A DNA stretch of 64,000 nucleotides, taken from positions 35,925 to 99,924 of the forward strand of contig JBDHWW010000005.1 in the NCBI GenBank assembly GCA_039810425.1, written 5' to 3'. This document shows positions 47,330 through 60,700 of this stretch, one piece after another. Under the pieces are notes generated by a model, which saw only the letters and a program-made list of their open reading frames with translations, made no database searches and had not been told where the DNA came from. Each line of letters starts with the position of its first letter. Positions within the stretch are counted from its first letter, which is position 1. Position numbers and translations under genes: made by a program. The DNA is from Pseudobdellovibrionaceae bacterium (GTDB lineage Bacteria > Bdellovibrionota > Bdellovibrionia > Bdellovibrionales > Bdellovibrionaceae).

Positions 47330-48354
47330 GTGAAGAGCTCTTCTGGTCTGGTTCTATAAATTTTTGAATCCACGTTGTACTGGCGCAGGCGATCATTGAG
47401 AGTGCTTTTCGGCATTTTGAGGTCCGCCGCGGTTTTTCTCTGATTGCCCCTGTTTTCTTGCAGCTTTTTCAAGATGATTTGCTTTTCTACCTCTTTGATC
47501 ACCGACAGTCTGGAGACTCCCTGGTCTTCCATCATCGGAGTATAGGCGGTCGAGCTTCGGAGCAGTTTGGCGGCACGATCAAGATCGATTTGTTGCCGAG
47601 GAAAGACCGCGGCGGCACGGGATACGAGGTTTCTGAGTTCGCGAACATTGCCGGGCCAAGAGTGCATTTTTAACTTTTGAATCGCGTCGAATGAAAAACG
47701 CACGCGCATTTGTTTGGCAAAGCAGATGAGCAAATCTTCGAAATCTTCAGCGCGGTCTTTCAGCGGCGGCACGGAAACGGAAACAACATTCAAGCGAAAG
47801 AACAAATCCGGGCGGAAAGCGCCGTCGTTGATTTTGAGCGACAGGTTTTGATGGGTGGCTGCGATCACGCGAATATTTGTGCTCACAATTCGGTCGCTGC
47901 CCACGGGGCGAATCTCATTGTTCTCAAGCGCGCGAAGGAGCTTTGCTTGCAGGTTGAATGGCAAGTCACCGATTTCATCTAAAAACAAAGTCCCGAAGCG
48001 GGCGCTTTCGAAAGCTCCTTTGCGGTCATTGATGGCGCCGGTGAAGGCGCCTTTGACGTGACCGAAGAGCTCGCTTTCAATCAGTGATTCAGTCAGTGCG
48101 CTGCAGTTGACGCTCACGAAGGCGCCATGTTGGCGCGAAGAGGCCTGATGAAGGGCGCGGGCTAAGACATCTTTGCCGGTCCCGGAGGGCCCCAGCAACA
48201 GCACGGGGAAGTCGCTTTGAGCCACGTTTTTCAGGCTTTGCAGCTCGGCATTCCAGAGAGGATTGCGACTGGTCAAAGGAAAGAAGTCGGAAGTATTATT
48301 GTGAGGGAGCTCTTCGTGAGTGGGCGGGTTTTTTATCGTTGAGTTTTCTAACAT
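47326..48354 (-). CDS. Sigma54-dependent enhancer-binding protein without an N-terminal regulatory domain
   Basis: GPSGTGKD, ESELFGH.KGAFTGA, LFLDEIG, WPGNVREL, Fis-type HTH; AAGGAG RBS. Confidence 0.92.
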   Translation of the reverse strand: MLENSTIKNPPTHEELPHNNTSDFFPLTSRNPLWNAELQSLKNVAQSDFPVLLLGPSGTGKDVLARALHQASSRQHGAFVSVNCSALTESLIESELFGHVKGAFTGAINDRKGAFESARFGTLFLDEIGDLPFNLQAKLLRALENNEIRPVGSDRIVSTNIRVIAATHQNLSLKINDGAFRPDLFFRLNVVSVSVPPLKDRAEDFEDLLICFAKQMRVRFSFDAIQKLKMHSWPGNVRELRNLVSRAAAVFPRQQIDLDRAAKLLRSSTAYTPMMEDQGVSRLSVIKEVEKQIILKKLQENRGNQRKTAADLKMPKSTLNDRLRQYNVDSKIYRTRPEELFT

Positions 48355-48518
48355 ACGTTCTCCTTGTTCGCTGAAGGCCTTTCCAAAAAGTGGTCCAATT
48401 GCAGAGTGCGGTAATTTTGATTTGAGGCCAATTCCGGCACGAGATTCTTATTTTCCGGAACGAACCGTCTTAAAATTTAGAATTTGGAATCATTTCTAAG
48501 TTCAGGCAGGATACCTGT

Positions 48519-49928
48519 ATGCGACTTGCAACCCGGGAAGAAATTTACAGCCTTGATAAGGCCGCCGCCGAAGACTACGGACTGAGCTCGTCCGTTTTGA
48601 TTGAAAAAGCCGGGAGTGCCTTGGCCAGGGCTTTTGAAAAAATTTTTCAGCAAGAAGCATGGTCCCGCTCTTTGCGGATTGGTCTGTGGTGCGGCACCGG
48701 CAATAACGGAGCCGACGGGCGCGTGATGGCCTACCTGTTACGCGAAAAAGGTTATAAGGCCGAGGTTCTTTTGGGCACAGCCTGGAGGGTCGCGGACTAT
48801 GACATTGTTGTAGATGCGCTTTTTGGCGTGGGTCTCAACCGTCCGATCGAAGGGGACCAGGCAAGAAAGATTCAAGAGCTCAATCAATCGGGCCGCATAG
48901 TGATTGCTTTGGATATTCCCAGCGGTCTCGAGGCCAATCGCGGCGTTATTTTAGGGGCGTGTGTAAAGGCCGCGTGGACTCTGGCGGTGGCGCCAGCCAA
49001 GCCGGGTTTGTTTTTACAAGAGGGACCCACACAAAGCGGCCGCATTCGGAGTGTGCAAATCGGTTTTCCACCGGAGCTTTTAAGAGCAAAGGCTGCGAGT
49101 GTGTTTTTGATCGGCTCGGCCAGTGCGAAGAGGCTGCTGCCCTCGCGGAAACAGGCCTCGAATAAGAGCAGCTTCGGTCATCTGCTGGTGATCGCAGGCT
49201 CGGAAGGTATGGAAGGGGCGGCGCTTTTAACTAGCGAGGCCGCCGCTCGGATGGGCTGTGGTTATGTGACTTTGTGTTCGCCGAGCCAAAGTGTTTGGCG
49301 AAAAGCCCGCGCGGATTTTCTGTCTCTTTCATTGACGGCTTTTTTTAAGAGTGATTTGAAAAAGTACAAAGCGGTGGTGGTGGGCCCCGGCCTGGGTGTC
49401 AATAGACAGACCGAAAAAATCCTCGCGCATCTCTATAGGCATCATGACAAAGTACTGGTGGATGCCGATGCACTGACTGTGCTTGCGCAAAAAACACCGG
49501 GCCCGTTGCCGAAAAACTGGATACTCACCCCGCATGCGGGAGAGCTTTCCCGTTTTGTGGGAACTGCCGCGAAGGCCCTCGAGGCCGACCGGCTGCAGGC
49601 GGTTTCGGACGCCCAAAAACAGCGGGGCGGCATGATTTTGCTGAAAGGCTTTCGCACGATCCTCGGGACGGCGACCGCCAAGTACATTATCGGCTCGGGA
49701 AATGTGGCGCTCGCCAAAGCGGGAAGCGGCGACGTCTTAAGTGGTTTTATAGGCTCTTTGATGGCTCAAGGATTGCCTACGGAGCAGGCAGGAGTTCTCG
49801 GGGCCTATCTCCATGGTAGAATTGCCGATGACTGGCTCCGTCGAGGCCACTCCAGTCGTACTTTAATGGCCTCAGATCTGCCAGAATTGATTGATGCGAG
49901 CCTGACAAGTTTGAAAAAGGGCGGCTGA
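48519..49928 (+). CDS. nnr: Bifunctional NAD(P)HX epimerase/dehydratase
   Basis: GNNGADG, DALFG.G, DIPSG, GPGLG, TPHAGE, GSGDVL. Confidence 0.93.
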   Translation: MRLATREEIYSLDKAAAEDYGLSSSVLIEKAGSALARAFEKIFQQEAWSRSLRIGLWCGTGNNGADGRVMAYLLREKGYKAEVLLGTAWRVADYDIVVDALFGVGLNRPIEGDQARKIQELNQSGRIVIALDIPSGLEANRGVILGACVKAAWTLAVAPAKPGLFLQEGPTQSGRIRSVQIGFPPELLRAKAASVFLIGSASAKRLLPSRKQASNKSSFGHLLVIAGSEGMEGAALLTSEAAARMGCGYVTLCSPSQSVWRKARADFLSLSLTAFFKSDLKKYKAVVVGPGLGVNRQTEKILAHLYRHHDKVLVDADALTVLAQKTPGPLPKNWILTPHAGELSRFVGTAAKALEADRLQAVSDAQKQRGGMILLKGFRTILGTATAKYIIGSGNVALAKAGSGDVLSGFIGSLMAQGLPTEQAGVLGAYLHGRIADDWLRRGHSSRTLMASDLPELIDASLTSLKKGG

Positions 49929-49945
49929 TGGACTAGGATCTGAGC

Positions 49946-50520
49946 ATGCCTGGAGCCGTAAAATTCATCAAAAGCGCTGTTCTTCCCCAAGATTACCCAA
50001 AAACAGGTAAAAAAGAGATCGCCATCGCTGGCAGATCCAATGCGGGTAAGAGTTCTTTCCTCAATGCGATCGCCAAAAATAAAATTGCGAAAGTCAGCAA
50101 TACTCCCGGCAAAACCCGTTTGCTGAACTTCTTTAGCCGTGGCGATGGCTACATTTTGGTGGATATGCCGGGCTATGGTTTCGCGGCTCGCTCGGGAGCG
50201 GAGATGCGCGAATGGCACACGATGATTGAAAACTATCTTAGCATGCGGGAAGAGCTTGCGGGCTTGGTGCTCGTGATGGATTCCCGCCGTGATTGGACCG
50301 AGGATGAAGAGCTTCTGAAAGCTTACACGGATTCTCGCGGGCTGCCGATGGCGGTTGTGCTGACGAAGTCCGATAAGCTGACCCGCAGTGAAATTGTCCA
50401 AGCGCTTGCTAAAATAAAAAAATCCGCGGGAACTGAAGCGGTATTTATGACCTCGGCGCTGAAGAACATCGGCCAAGAGGAAGTCGAAGAGTATCTCTAC
50501 GAAAACTGGGTGAAGAATCA

Positions 50521-50524
<4 letters not shown>
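49946..50524 (+). CDS. engB: Ribosome biogenesis GTPase YihA/EngB
   Basis: GRSNAGKSS, PGKT, DMPGYG, TKSDK. Confidence 0.96.
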
Positions 50525-52918
<2,394 letters not shown>

Positions 52919-52919
<1 letters not shown>

Positions 52920-53902
52920 TGAGTTCTAAGATTATCGAGCAAGGTTTGCAAGTTTTGGAAATTGAAGCCGGCGCAATTCTGGCTTTGAAAGAGCGTTTGA
53001 AAGAAGGATTTGAAACGGCTGTTAAAACGATTCAAGCCTGCGAAGGTAAATTGATCGTGACTGGAATGGGAAAGTCCGGACAGATCGCACGCAAACTTGC
53101 CAGCACCTTTTCTTCGACAGGGACGCCTGCGGTCTTCCTGCACCCGGCAGAGAGCGCCCACGGAGACCTTGGCATCGTTGAAAGCGGCGATGTGATCTTG
53201 GCCCTCAGCTATGGCGGTGAGACCCCAGAGCTGGCTTCAATCATCGCATTTGCTCTGCGTAAAGATATTCCTTTAATCGCGATCACAGGCAATGTGAATT
53301 CAACGCTGGCAAAGGCCGCAAAAGTCGCTTTGAATGTCTCTGTTTCTGCGGAAGCGTGTCCCTTGAATCTGGCGCCGACAGCAAGTAGCACGGCCTCTCT
53401 TGCAATGGGCGATGCGATGGCGATGGCTGTTTTGAATGAAAAAGGTTTTTCTCCGGAAGAATTCGCCGAATATCACCCGGGCGGAAGTCTAGGCTTCAGA
53501 CTTTTGACCAGGGTAAAAGATGTCATGCACACGGGGGACGCCTTGCCTTTAGTCCGGCTGGACACGCCGATGCGCGAAGTTTTTTCTATTATGACTCATA
53601 GAAATGTTCGCGGGACTGCCGGTGTCCTGGATAGCCACGGCGACTTACTTGGCGTCATCACGGACGGTGATATTCGCCGTCGCCTCGATAAAAGTCCTGA
53701 TCCATTCACCGGAACCGCGCAAGACTTGATGACCACGAACCCGCGCGGGGTTGATGCCAACGAGCTTGCAGAAAAAGCGCTCTTTCTCATGGAGCAATTT
53801 CGCATCCAGATTCTATTTGTTTTCGATAGAAATAGCGAGCATCCAAAACGTCCAGTCGGAATGTTGAATTTCCAAGACCTATTGAGAGCAAAAGTACGAT
53901 AA
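52919..53902 (+). CDS. kdsD: Arabinose-5-phosphate isomerase (SIS + CBS)
   Basis: GMGKSG, HGDLG, LAPTAS, HPGG.LG, ITDGD.RR. Confidence 0.95.
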
Positions 53903-53926
53903 ACACTCGGGTGACGAAGGTCGAGT

Positions 53927-53939
53927 TAAGTCATTGATA
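53927..53939 (-). promoter_or_regulatory. IHF consensus site
   Basis: TATCAA-TGAC-TTA matches WATCAANNNNTTR, between kdsD and kdsC. Confidence 0.4.
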
Positions 53940-53969
53940 ACCTTGCCGTCTTGTTGAATTTTTTTCACA

Positions 53970-54491
53970 ATGACACAGATGGCTTCAGAACTCAGTAGGT
54001 TGCAAAACATTAAGATGCTCGTCCTGGATGTGGACGGGGTGTTGACAGACTGTCGACTTTGGATGGACTCCAATGGTGAATGGAAAAGATTTTTTTCTAT
54101 TCGCGACGGCGTTGGCATCAAGCGCCTGCTTGATGCCGGTTACAAACTTGCAGTGATCACTGGCAGTAAAGCTGAAGACATTCGTCAGCGTGTGAAGAAC
54201 CTCGGCATCCAATACTTCTACGAAGGTGCCGGGGACAAAGTCCCATCATTCATCGATTTACAAAGACAGTCTGGTTTAAAACCAGAGGAAATGGCTTGTG
54301 TCGGAGACGACATATACGACATTCCTCTGATTCAAGCGGTGGCTTTCGGAGCGACAGTTCCCGAAGCGGTAGAAGAAGTTATTGAGGAAGCAGATTACGT
54401 AACTAAAAGGCCTGGCGGCAACGGAGCGGTCCGCGAAGTATGTGATTTGATTTATAAACACGGAGCCTTTTCATCATTAGGACGGTCATAA
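53970..54491 (+). CDS. kdsC: KDO-8-phosphate phosphatase
   Basis: DVDGVLTD, RDG.G, GDD..D, GG.GAVRE. Confidence 0.95.
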   Translation: MTQMASELSRLQNIKMLVLDVDGVLTDCRLWMDSNGEWKRFFSIRDGVGIKRLLDAGYKLAVITGSKAEDIRQRVKNLGIQYFYEGAGDKVPSFIDLQRQSGLKPEEMACVGDDIYDIPLIQAVAFGATVPEAVEEVIEEADYVTKRPGGNGAVREVCDLIYKHGAFSSLGRS

Positions 54492-55262
54492 ATGATAAAG
54501 AACGCACTCAAAGGATTGAGTCTTTTCTTGGCGGCCTTTCTCTTACAGAGAGTCGCATTTGCGGCTGAAGTCGTCGAACTTCCAACGGAAGAACTCGCGC
54601 AAGAATCGGTTTATCCGGTCTTCGATAAACCAGTCAGCGTAAAGAACAGAAACATCAACACCGCCGGCCACTTTGAAATTGGTGCGTACTACGGCAATGC
54701 TTTGACAGAGCCGATCTTCAACGTGAGCAAATTCGGCTTTGCCGGCTACTATCACTGGTCTGAACTCCATGCGATCGGTATTATTTTCGAAAATAATATG
54801 TCTGGTTTGAGCAAGTACGGGGAACAGTTGAAGGACGTTCCAGGATCTTCCGGCGCTAACATTCATCTTGATTTCACTCGCGCCCCCGCTCCCCAGTCGA
54901 CTTTCATGGCTGATTACAATTTCAAAGCCTTCTACGGTAAAATGAGTTTGAGTAAGAGCATCGTGTTCAACTTGAGCACATTCGGGTCGGCTTCGGCGGG
55001 CTTGGTGAAGTATCAGAACAAAACTTATCCAGGGGTTGCGGTGGGTCTTGGCCAGAAGTTCTATCTGACAAGGCAGCTCAGCTTGCGTTGGGACCTTCGC
55101 ATGTTCATCAACAATGCGCCGATCCCGTTCTATCAAGACTCGGCCCAATACACTTTGAATCCGAACAATCCGGGTGGAAAAAAAGCGCCTACCTATGATC
55201 AGTTTTCCGATCGTATCACTTACACGACCAATTTAGATATTGGTCTTGCTTACATGTTTTAA
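54492..55262 (+). CDS. Outer-membrane beta-barrel, GltA/GltB-like (gliding)
   Basis: Signal peptide, KAFYGKMS, C-terminal F; context of gliding genes. Confidence 0.7.
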   Translation: MIKNALKGLSLFLAAFLLQRVAFAAEVVELPTEELAQESVYPVFDKPVSVKNRNINTAGHFEIGAYYGNALTEPIFNVSKFGFAGYYHWSELHAIGIIFENNMSGLSKYGEQLKDVPGSSGANIHLDFTRAPAPQSTFMADYNFKAFYGKMSLSKSIVFNLSTFGSASAGLVKYQNKTYPGVAVGLGQKFYLTRQLSLRWDLRMFINNAPIPFYQDSAQYTLNPNNPGGKKAPTYDQFSDRITYTTNLDIGLAYMF

Positions 55263-55264
55263 GG

Positions 55265-56110
55265 ATGGAGCCGATGAAAATGCACTTTAAAACACTTTTC
55301 ATGACAGCAATGATGGGCCTCCTGGCAAGCCACTCCGCATGGGCGCAAGACGCGGGCGGCGCCGGTATTGGTGACGATTTGAACGTGATCGAGATGGAGT
55401 TGGATAAAACGGCTCCGAAGGCACAACCGACTTATGCTCCTGGTGCGCAAACCCAGAAAATGGATGCGGCGGAAGACCGCGCGGAAGCCCAGCAGAATAA
55501 CAAGCTGACAGACTTCTCTGGTTTGACGAAGTTGCAACCATTCAGCGAGATCTCGGTGATTCAAAAACGTTTCTTACCTAAGACGGGTCGTTTCCAGTTC
55601 ACGGGCGCGTTGACGACTATCACGAACAATCCCTGGTTCCTGACAGCGGGTGTATCCCTAAAAGCGGCTTACTACCTGACGGAAGCTTGGGGTGTTGAGG
55701 GAACTTTTACGACAATGACAAGCTCCCAAAGACAGTCTGCCCAAGAGCTCCATGATAACAATGCCGTGAGCGCCGACAGCTTCGGGTTTCCGAAGAACTA
55801 TATCGGCCTTGATGCGAAGTACACTCCGTTCTACGGTAAAATGACTTGGCAGAATAAGAAAATCGTTCCTTTTGAGCATTACTTCACCTTCGGTGGCGGT
55901 AATACCTCTGTCAGCACCGGTGGCAGCGGTTTCACAATTCACTTGGGAACGGGCGAGAACTTCGCTCTTTCCAAGCGCTTCTCTGTGAACTGGGACTTTA
56001 GCATGATGAACTATTCAGCGAAATCGACGGACGGTACAATGCAGTCATTCAGTGACTTGCTTCTGACCGTGGGCATGAGTTTCTTCTATCCGGAGGCTAC
56101 TTACCGATGA
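55265..56110 (+). CDS. Outer-membrane beta-barrel, GltA/GltB-like (gliding)
   Basis: VIQKRFLPKTGRF, NNPW, TPFYGKM; paralog of the upstream gene. Confidence 0.72.
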   Translation: MEPMKMHFKTLFMTAMMGLLASHSAWAQDAGGAGIGDDLNVIEMELDKTAPKAQPTYAPGAQTQKMDAAEDRAEAQQNNKLTDFSGLTKLQPFSEISVIQKRFLPKTGRFQFTGALTTITNNPWFLTAGVSLKAAYYLTEAWGVEGTFTTMTSSQRQSAQELHDNNAVSADSFGFPKNYIGLDAKYTPFYGKMTWQNKKIVPFEHYFTFGGGNTSVSTGGSGFTIHLGTGENFALSKRFSVNWDFSMMNYSAKSTDGTMQSFSDLLLTVGMSFFYPEATYR

Positions 56111-57714
56111 GAAAATTTATCACAACTATCTTAGCATTGGGTATTTTGGCTCCTTCTGTCTACGCGGCCCAGCCGCAGAGGCGCGTGGCTCCTCAACAAC
56201 AACGTCGAGTGGCTCCCCAGCGCCGTAGTTCTCCTTCAGTGGTGGCGGCTCCGCAAGCGAGAAATTCTCCGCTTCGTCAACAGGTGAATCAAGCTCTAGC
56301 TTTGGCAAAGGGCGGACAGTATGAGGCGGCGTCAAATGCCTTGTTCCAATTGGCTCGTCGTTCCGAACTGCAAGCAGAGCGCCCGCAATTGAAGTACGTG
56401 CTTGGTTTGATGTTAATGGAAATGAAACTGAATCAAGTTGCGGCATTCCAGTTCGTGGATGTCATCCGTATGGGTAACAGCCGCTATGTGAAGAATGCGA
56501 TTGAGAAGCTTTCTATCGTGGCGGACAACCTCGGCGATGACACTTTGTTGAACTACGCGGTTTCGAAAGTGGATTTGAACGACTTCCCAGCGGGCAGCCG
56601 TGACATGTTGTACTTCCGTATCGGCGAGATTAAAATGAAGTCCCGCGAGTTCGCGAAGGCGGCGGAATTGTTCTCGAAAGTCAGCTCTGGCAGCCGTTAT
56701 TACAATCAAGCTCTCTTTCAGCGTGGTTTGGCGGAACTTGAAGGCAATCAAGTGGATATGGCTCTGCAGACGTTCCAGGCCTTGCTCGCTTCCCGTGACA
56801 ATGCGCCTGTAACGGATACAAACCGCGTTGCCGCGCAAATCGCGATTGCCCGTGCGTTGTACCAAAAACAAGATTGGGATGGCGCGATCGAAGCTTATGC
56901 TCAAGTTCCGCGTGACCACTTCCTGTGGCATGATGCTTTGTTTGAATCTTCTTGGGCTATGTTGCGCGCGGCCCGCTTCCGTTCCGTACTCAGTAACTTT
57001 CAGTCATTGCACTCAAGTTACTACGATGATTTCTACATTCCTGAGTCCTTGCTTCTTCGCTCCATTGTCTATTTGTACATCTGCAAGTACGACGAGATGG
57101 AAAAGGTCCTAAGTTTGTTTGAGAATACCTATGGCCCGGTTCGGGCGAAGATTGGGGATTTTATCCGCGCCAATACGGATGCGATGGAATACTACGTGGA
57201 GATCGAAAAAGGCCAGCAGATCAAAAAGACCGACAAGAATGTGCCTTTGAGACTGCCTTATAATGTGGTTAAGAGCATTTCTGAAGAGGGTAACGTGAAA
57301 CGCTCCCTTTACTACATAAAGCGTCTGAATGACGAAAAGATGAAAATTGATGCCAACCCTGGTTTCCGAAATACTCCGGTGGGCCAATACGGTTTGAAAA
57401 TTGTCAATAATCGCCAGCGCAACGCTAAACTTGCAGTGGGCGATATGGCCAAAGCACACATGCTCAACATGCGTGTGGAGTTGCGTGACTTGTACGAACA
57501 GGCCGGCTTCATCCGTTATGAGATGATCAATGGTAAAAAAGAAGGCTTGAAAATGAAGTTGGCGGGCAAAGACCTTCCGGCAGAACAAATTGACGACAAA
57601 ATCGACCGTACTTTCTATGTCCAGAATGGCTATGAATACTACCCATTCCAGGGAGAGTACTGGTTGGATGAAATCGGGAACTATCATTACCTTGGTAAAC
57701 AAAGTTGCGAGTAA
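56107..57714 (+). CDS. gltC: TPR protein, GltC-like (gliding)
   Basis: TPRs; ALFESSWA, PES.LL...YL..C; C-terminal YYPFQGEYWLDEIGNY...C. Confidence 0.7.
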   Translation: MRKFITTILALGILAPSVYAAQPQRRVAPQQQRRVAPQRRSSPSVVAAPQARNSPLRQQVNQALALAKGGQYEAASNALFQLARRSELQAERPQLKYVLGLMLMEMKLNQVAAFQFVDVIRMGNSRYVKNAIEKLSIVADNLGDDTLLNYAVSKVDLNDFPAGSRDMLYFRIGEIKMKSREFAKAAELFSKVSSGSRYYNQALFQRGLAELEGNQVDMALQTFQALLASRDNAPVTDTNRVAAQIAIARALYQKQDWDGAIEAYAQVPRDHFLWHDALFESSWAMLRAARFRSVLSNFQSLHSSYYDDFYIPESLLLRSIVYLYICKYDEMEKVLSLFENTYGPVRAKIGDFIRANTDAMEYYVEIEKGQQIKKTDKNVPLRLPYNVVKSISEEGNVKRSLYYIKRLNDEKMKIDANPGFRNTPVGQYGLKIVNNRQRNAKLAVGDMAKAHMLNMRVELRDLYEQAGFIRYEMINGKKEGLKMKLAGKDLPAEQIDDKIDRTFYVQNGYEYYPFQGEYWLDEIGNYHYLGKQSCE

Positions 57715-57717
57715 TTT

Positions 57718-60700
57718 ATGATGTATAAAAAGAACCGACTTGTTATTTCGTTCTTAGTTCTTAGCATGACCCTGGGGGCCACTCAGGGCGTTCTTGCGCA
57801 GACGAGTGCCAATAATAAGAAAAAGAAGAAAGCCGTGCAAACGTCAACGACTCGTCGAGTGGCTCCGGCCTCCGCGTCCGCTTCCCAGACGTCCGGTAGA
57901 AAAACCGTCGGTCAATTGCTGAATCAGATCAGCACAGAGAGCCGCGGTGCGAACGTACAAATGCAAAAGGGTGATACGGCACTTCCTGATTTCGGTTATA
58001 GCTTTAAACCAAATCAAAACACCCATAACCTCGAAGCGGTCAAGCCGCCTCGTTCATCCGAGCTCTTGCGCCGTGGTGGTGGTACAAAGGCCGAGTATGA
58101 GCGCGTTTTGGACCAACAGATCCAAGAGCTTTACAAATTAACTCAAAGATTCAAAAACAGTCCTAATCGTGGTGAATTGTGGCTGCGTTTGGCGGAGTTG
58201 TACGTGGAAAAAGCGGGTATCGTTGATGCGCGCAAACAAGATGCGTACGATCAGCAATTGGCTGACTTCAAAACCGGCAAAACAAAAGTCAAACCCGTCC
58301 TGAATACTGCTGAAGCAAAAGACTTCAACCGCCGGGCCATTCAATTGTACGAGTGGTTCGAGCGTGATTTCCCTAAAGACGAAAAAATGGACCAGGCGCT
58401 CTTCTTTCTTGGGTACAACTATTTCGAAATGGGCGACACACATAAAGGTGCGGAGTACTATCAGCGCTTGAATAAGCAGTTCCCGAACAGCCCTTTCGTG
58501 GGCGAGTCGCATTTTTCATTGGGTGAATACCACTTTGAGAACGAGAAATGGGCAGATGCCTATAGGGAATACAGTTACGTCATCAAAGATAAGAAACACC
58601 GTTTGAACACGTTTGCACTCTACAAAGGCGCCTGGTGTTTATTCCGTTTGGGTAAAACGCAGCAGTCTTTATCCTATCTCGAATATATCATCAAGTCGTC
58701 GAAGTACGAACAGGAAGCAAGCTCTCAAAGCCGACGCGCGGTTAACAAAACCCGCCTTGAGCAAGAAGCTCTTCGTGACATCGTGATCTTCTACGCTGAG
58801 GCAAGACCCGCTTCAGACGCGATCGCTTACTTCCGCGGCCTCCTGGGCGATGCGGATATCGTTCCTTATCTTGAAAAGCTCGCGTATTACTACTCTGATA
58901 AGGGTGGTAAAGATGACGCCCGCGATGTCTTCAAAATGCTGATTGGCGAGCGCCCGGATAGCCCAAAAGCTTTCGACTGGCAATATCAGATCGTACAGAA
59001 CTATTTCTACGCGAAGAACTCTCCAAAGTTCCGCGAAGAGCTGTACATCTGGATTAAGAATTTCGCGCCAAATAGTCCTTGGTACGAAGCGAATAAAGCC
59101 AATAAAGAGCTGATCGATAACTCTTTTAAAATGCGTGAAACAACTTTGCGTAACTACGTCTTGCAACAGCATCAGACCGCGCAGAACTCTCATGCGGCGG
59201 GCCCTATGAAGGCGGCGTATGAGGGGTACGGATTCTATCTCGAAGAATTCGGTTCCTCCCCGCAGGGTGCGGATATGCACTTCTACTTCGGTGAATTGCT
59301 CTACGATATGAAACGTTATGATGAAGCCGCGGTCCAATATAAGTGGCTTGTCGATAACTCACCTCAGAGCAAGTTTGCGGACAAAGCGGCCGCCAACTTG
59401 ATCTTGTCTCTCGAAAAGTCGGTTCCACCAGATGCCGAGTTGCAAAAGCGTGTCGCAAATACTTTGGAACCACAGCCGTTGGATCCTAAAGTAGAGCGTT
59501 TCATCAAAGCCAGCCAATGGTATACGACGAAGTTTCCTAAGTCTGAAAAGGCTCCCGAGATCAAGTTCCGTATCGGCCGCTTGTACTACATGCACAATCA
59601 GTTTGACGAGTCGACGAAAGTTTTCCGCGAAATCGTTCAGATCTATCCAAAGACGAAGTATTCGGAATACTCGGCCAACCTTTTACTCGATACGTACAAC
59701 TTGCGTAAAGACTACGCGGGTCTAGAGAAAGCTGCGGCCGAGCTCCTCGCCGTTCAGTCGATTGCCAACTCTAAAGTGGGCGCCGACATTAAGAGTGTGA
59801 TGGAGAAGGCAAGCTTCAAAAAAGGTTCAGATCTCGAGATTGAGAAAAAGTACAGTGAATCCGCTCAAGCTTTCGAAACCTTCGCGAAGACCAATCCACG
59901 TTCTGAACTGGCGACAACGGCGATTTTCAATGCCGGTGTCAACTATGAGCGTGCGGGTATGATTCCGGCCGCGATCGCGATGTACAACAATGTGTTGAAG
60001 TCCAGCGATCCTAAGATGGAATCGAATAAGCCTAAAGTACGCCGCTTGCTTGCGAAATTATATCAAGATACGGGGAACTTCGAAGAAGCCGCGAGACTAT
60101 ACAAACAAGCGGCGACTGAGAACCCTAAAGATCCGTTGGCTCCTAACTTCATTTACAATACGGCTCTCTTGAACGAAGCCTTGGGGAAAAATGATGCGGC
60201 TATTCACTCTTATGAAGAGTTCATCAAGATGGCTAAGAAGAGGAGCGAAACAAGTGATGCCCTTTACTCGGTGGCGACGATGCATCGTAAAGCGAACCAC
60301 TTGAGCATCGCGATCGACAAATACAAAGACTACTTGAACTCTGGCGCGGCAAACCCCGAGAAAGTGATCGAAGCCCACTACTGGATTTCAGACATGATGA
60401 AGCGTAAGCGCCAAATCTCGGAATCTGAAGCTTGGGCTAAAAAGACGATCGCGGTTCAAAAACGTCTTGGCGGCGAAAAGAAACTAGGCGCTCAATGGGC
60501 GGCTAAGCTGAAGTTCGCGGACACGTTGAATACGTTTGCTGAATACAAGCGGGCTCGGATCTCTGCAAATCCGGCAAAGCAGAAGGAAACTTTGGATAAG
60601 AAGATCGCATTGCTCGGGCGGCTTAATAAAGAACTTGCGGACGTGATCAAATACGATGCGGCGGAAGAAATCGTCAGCTCATTGTCACTCTTGGGCGAGT

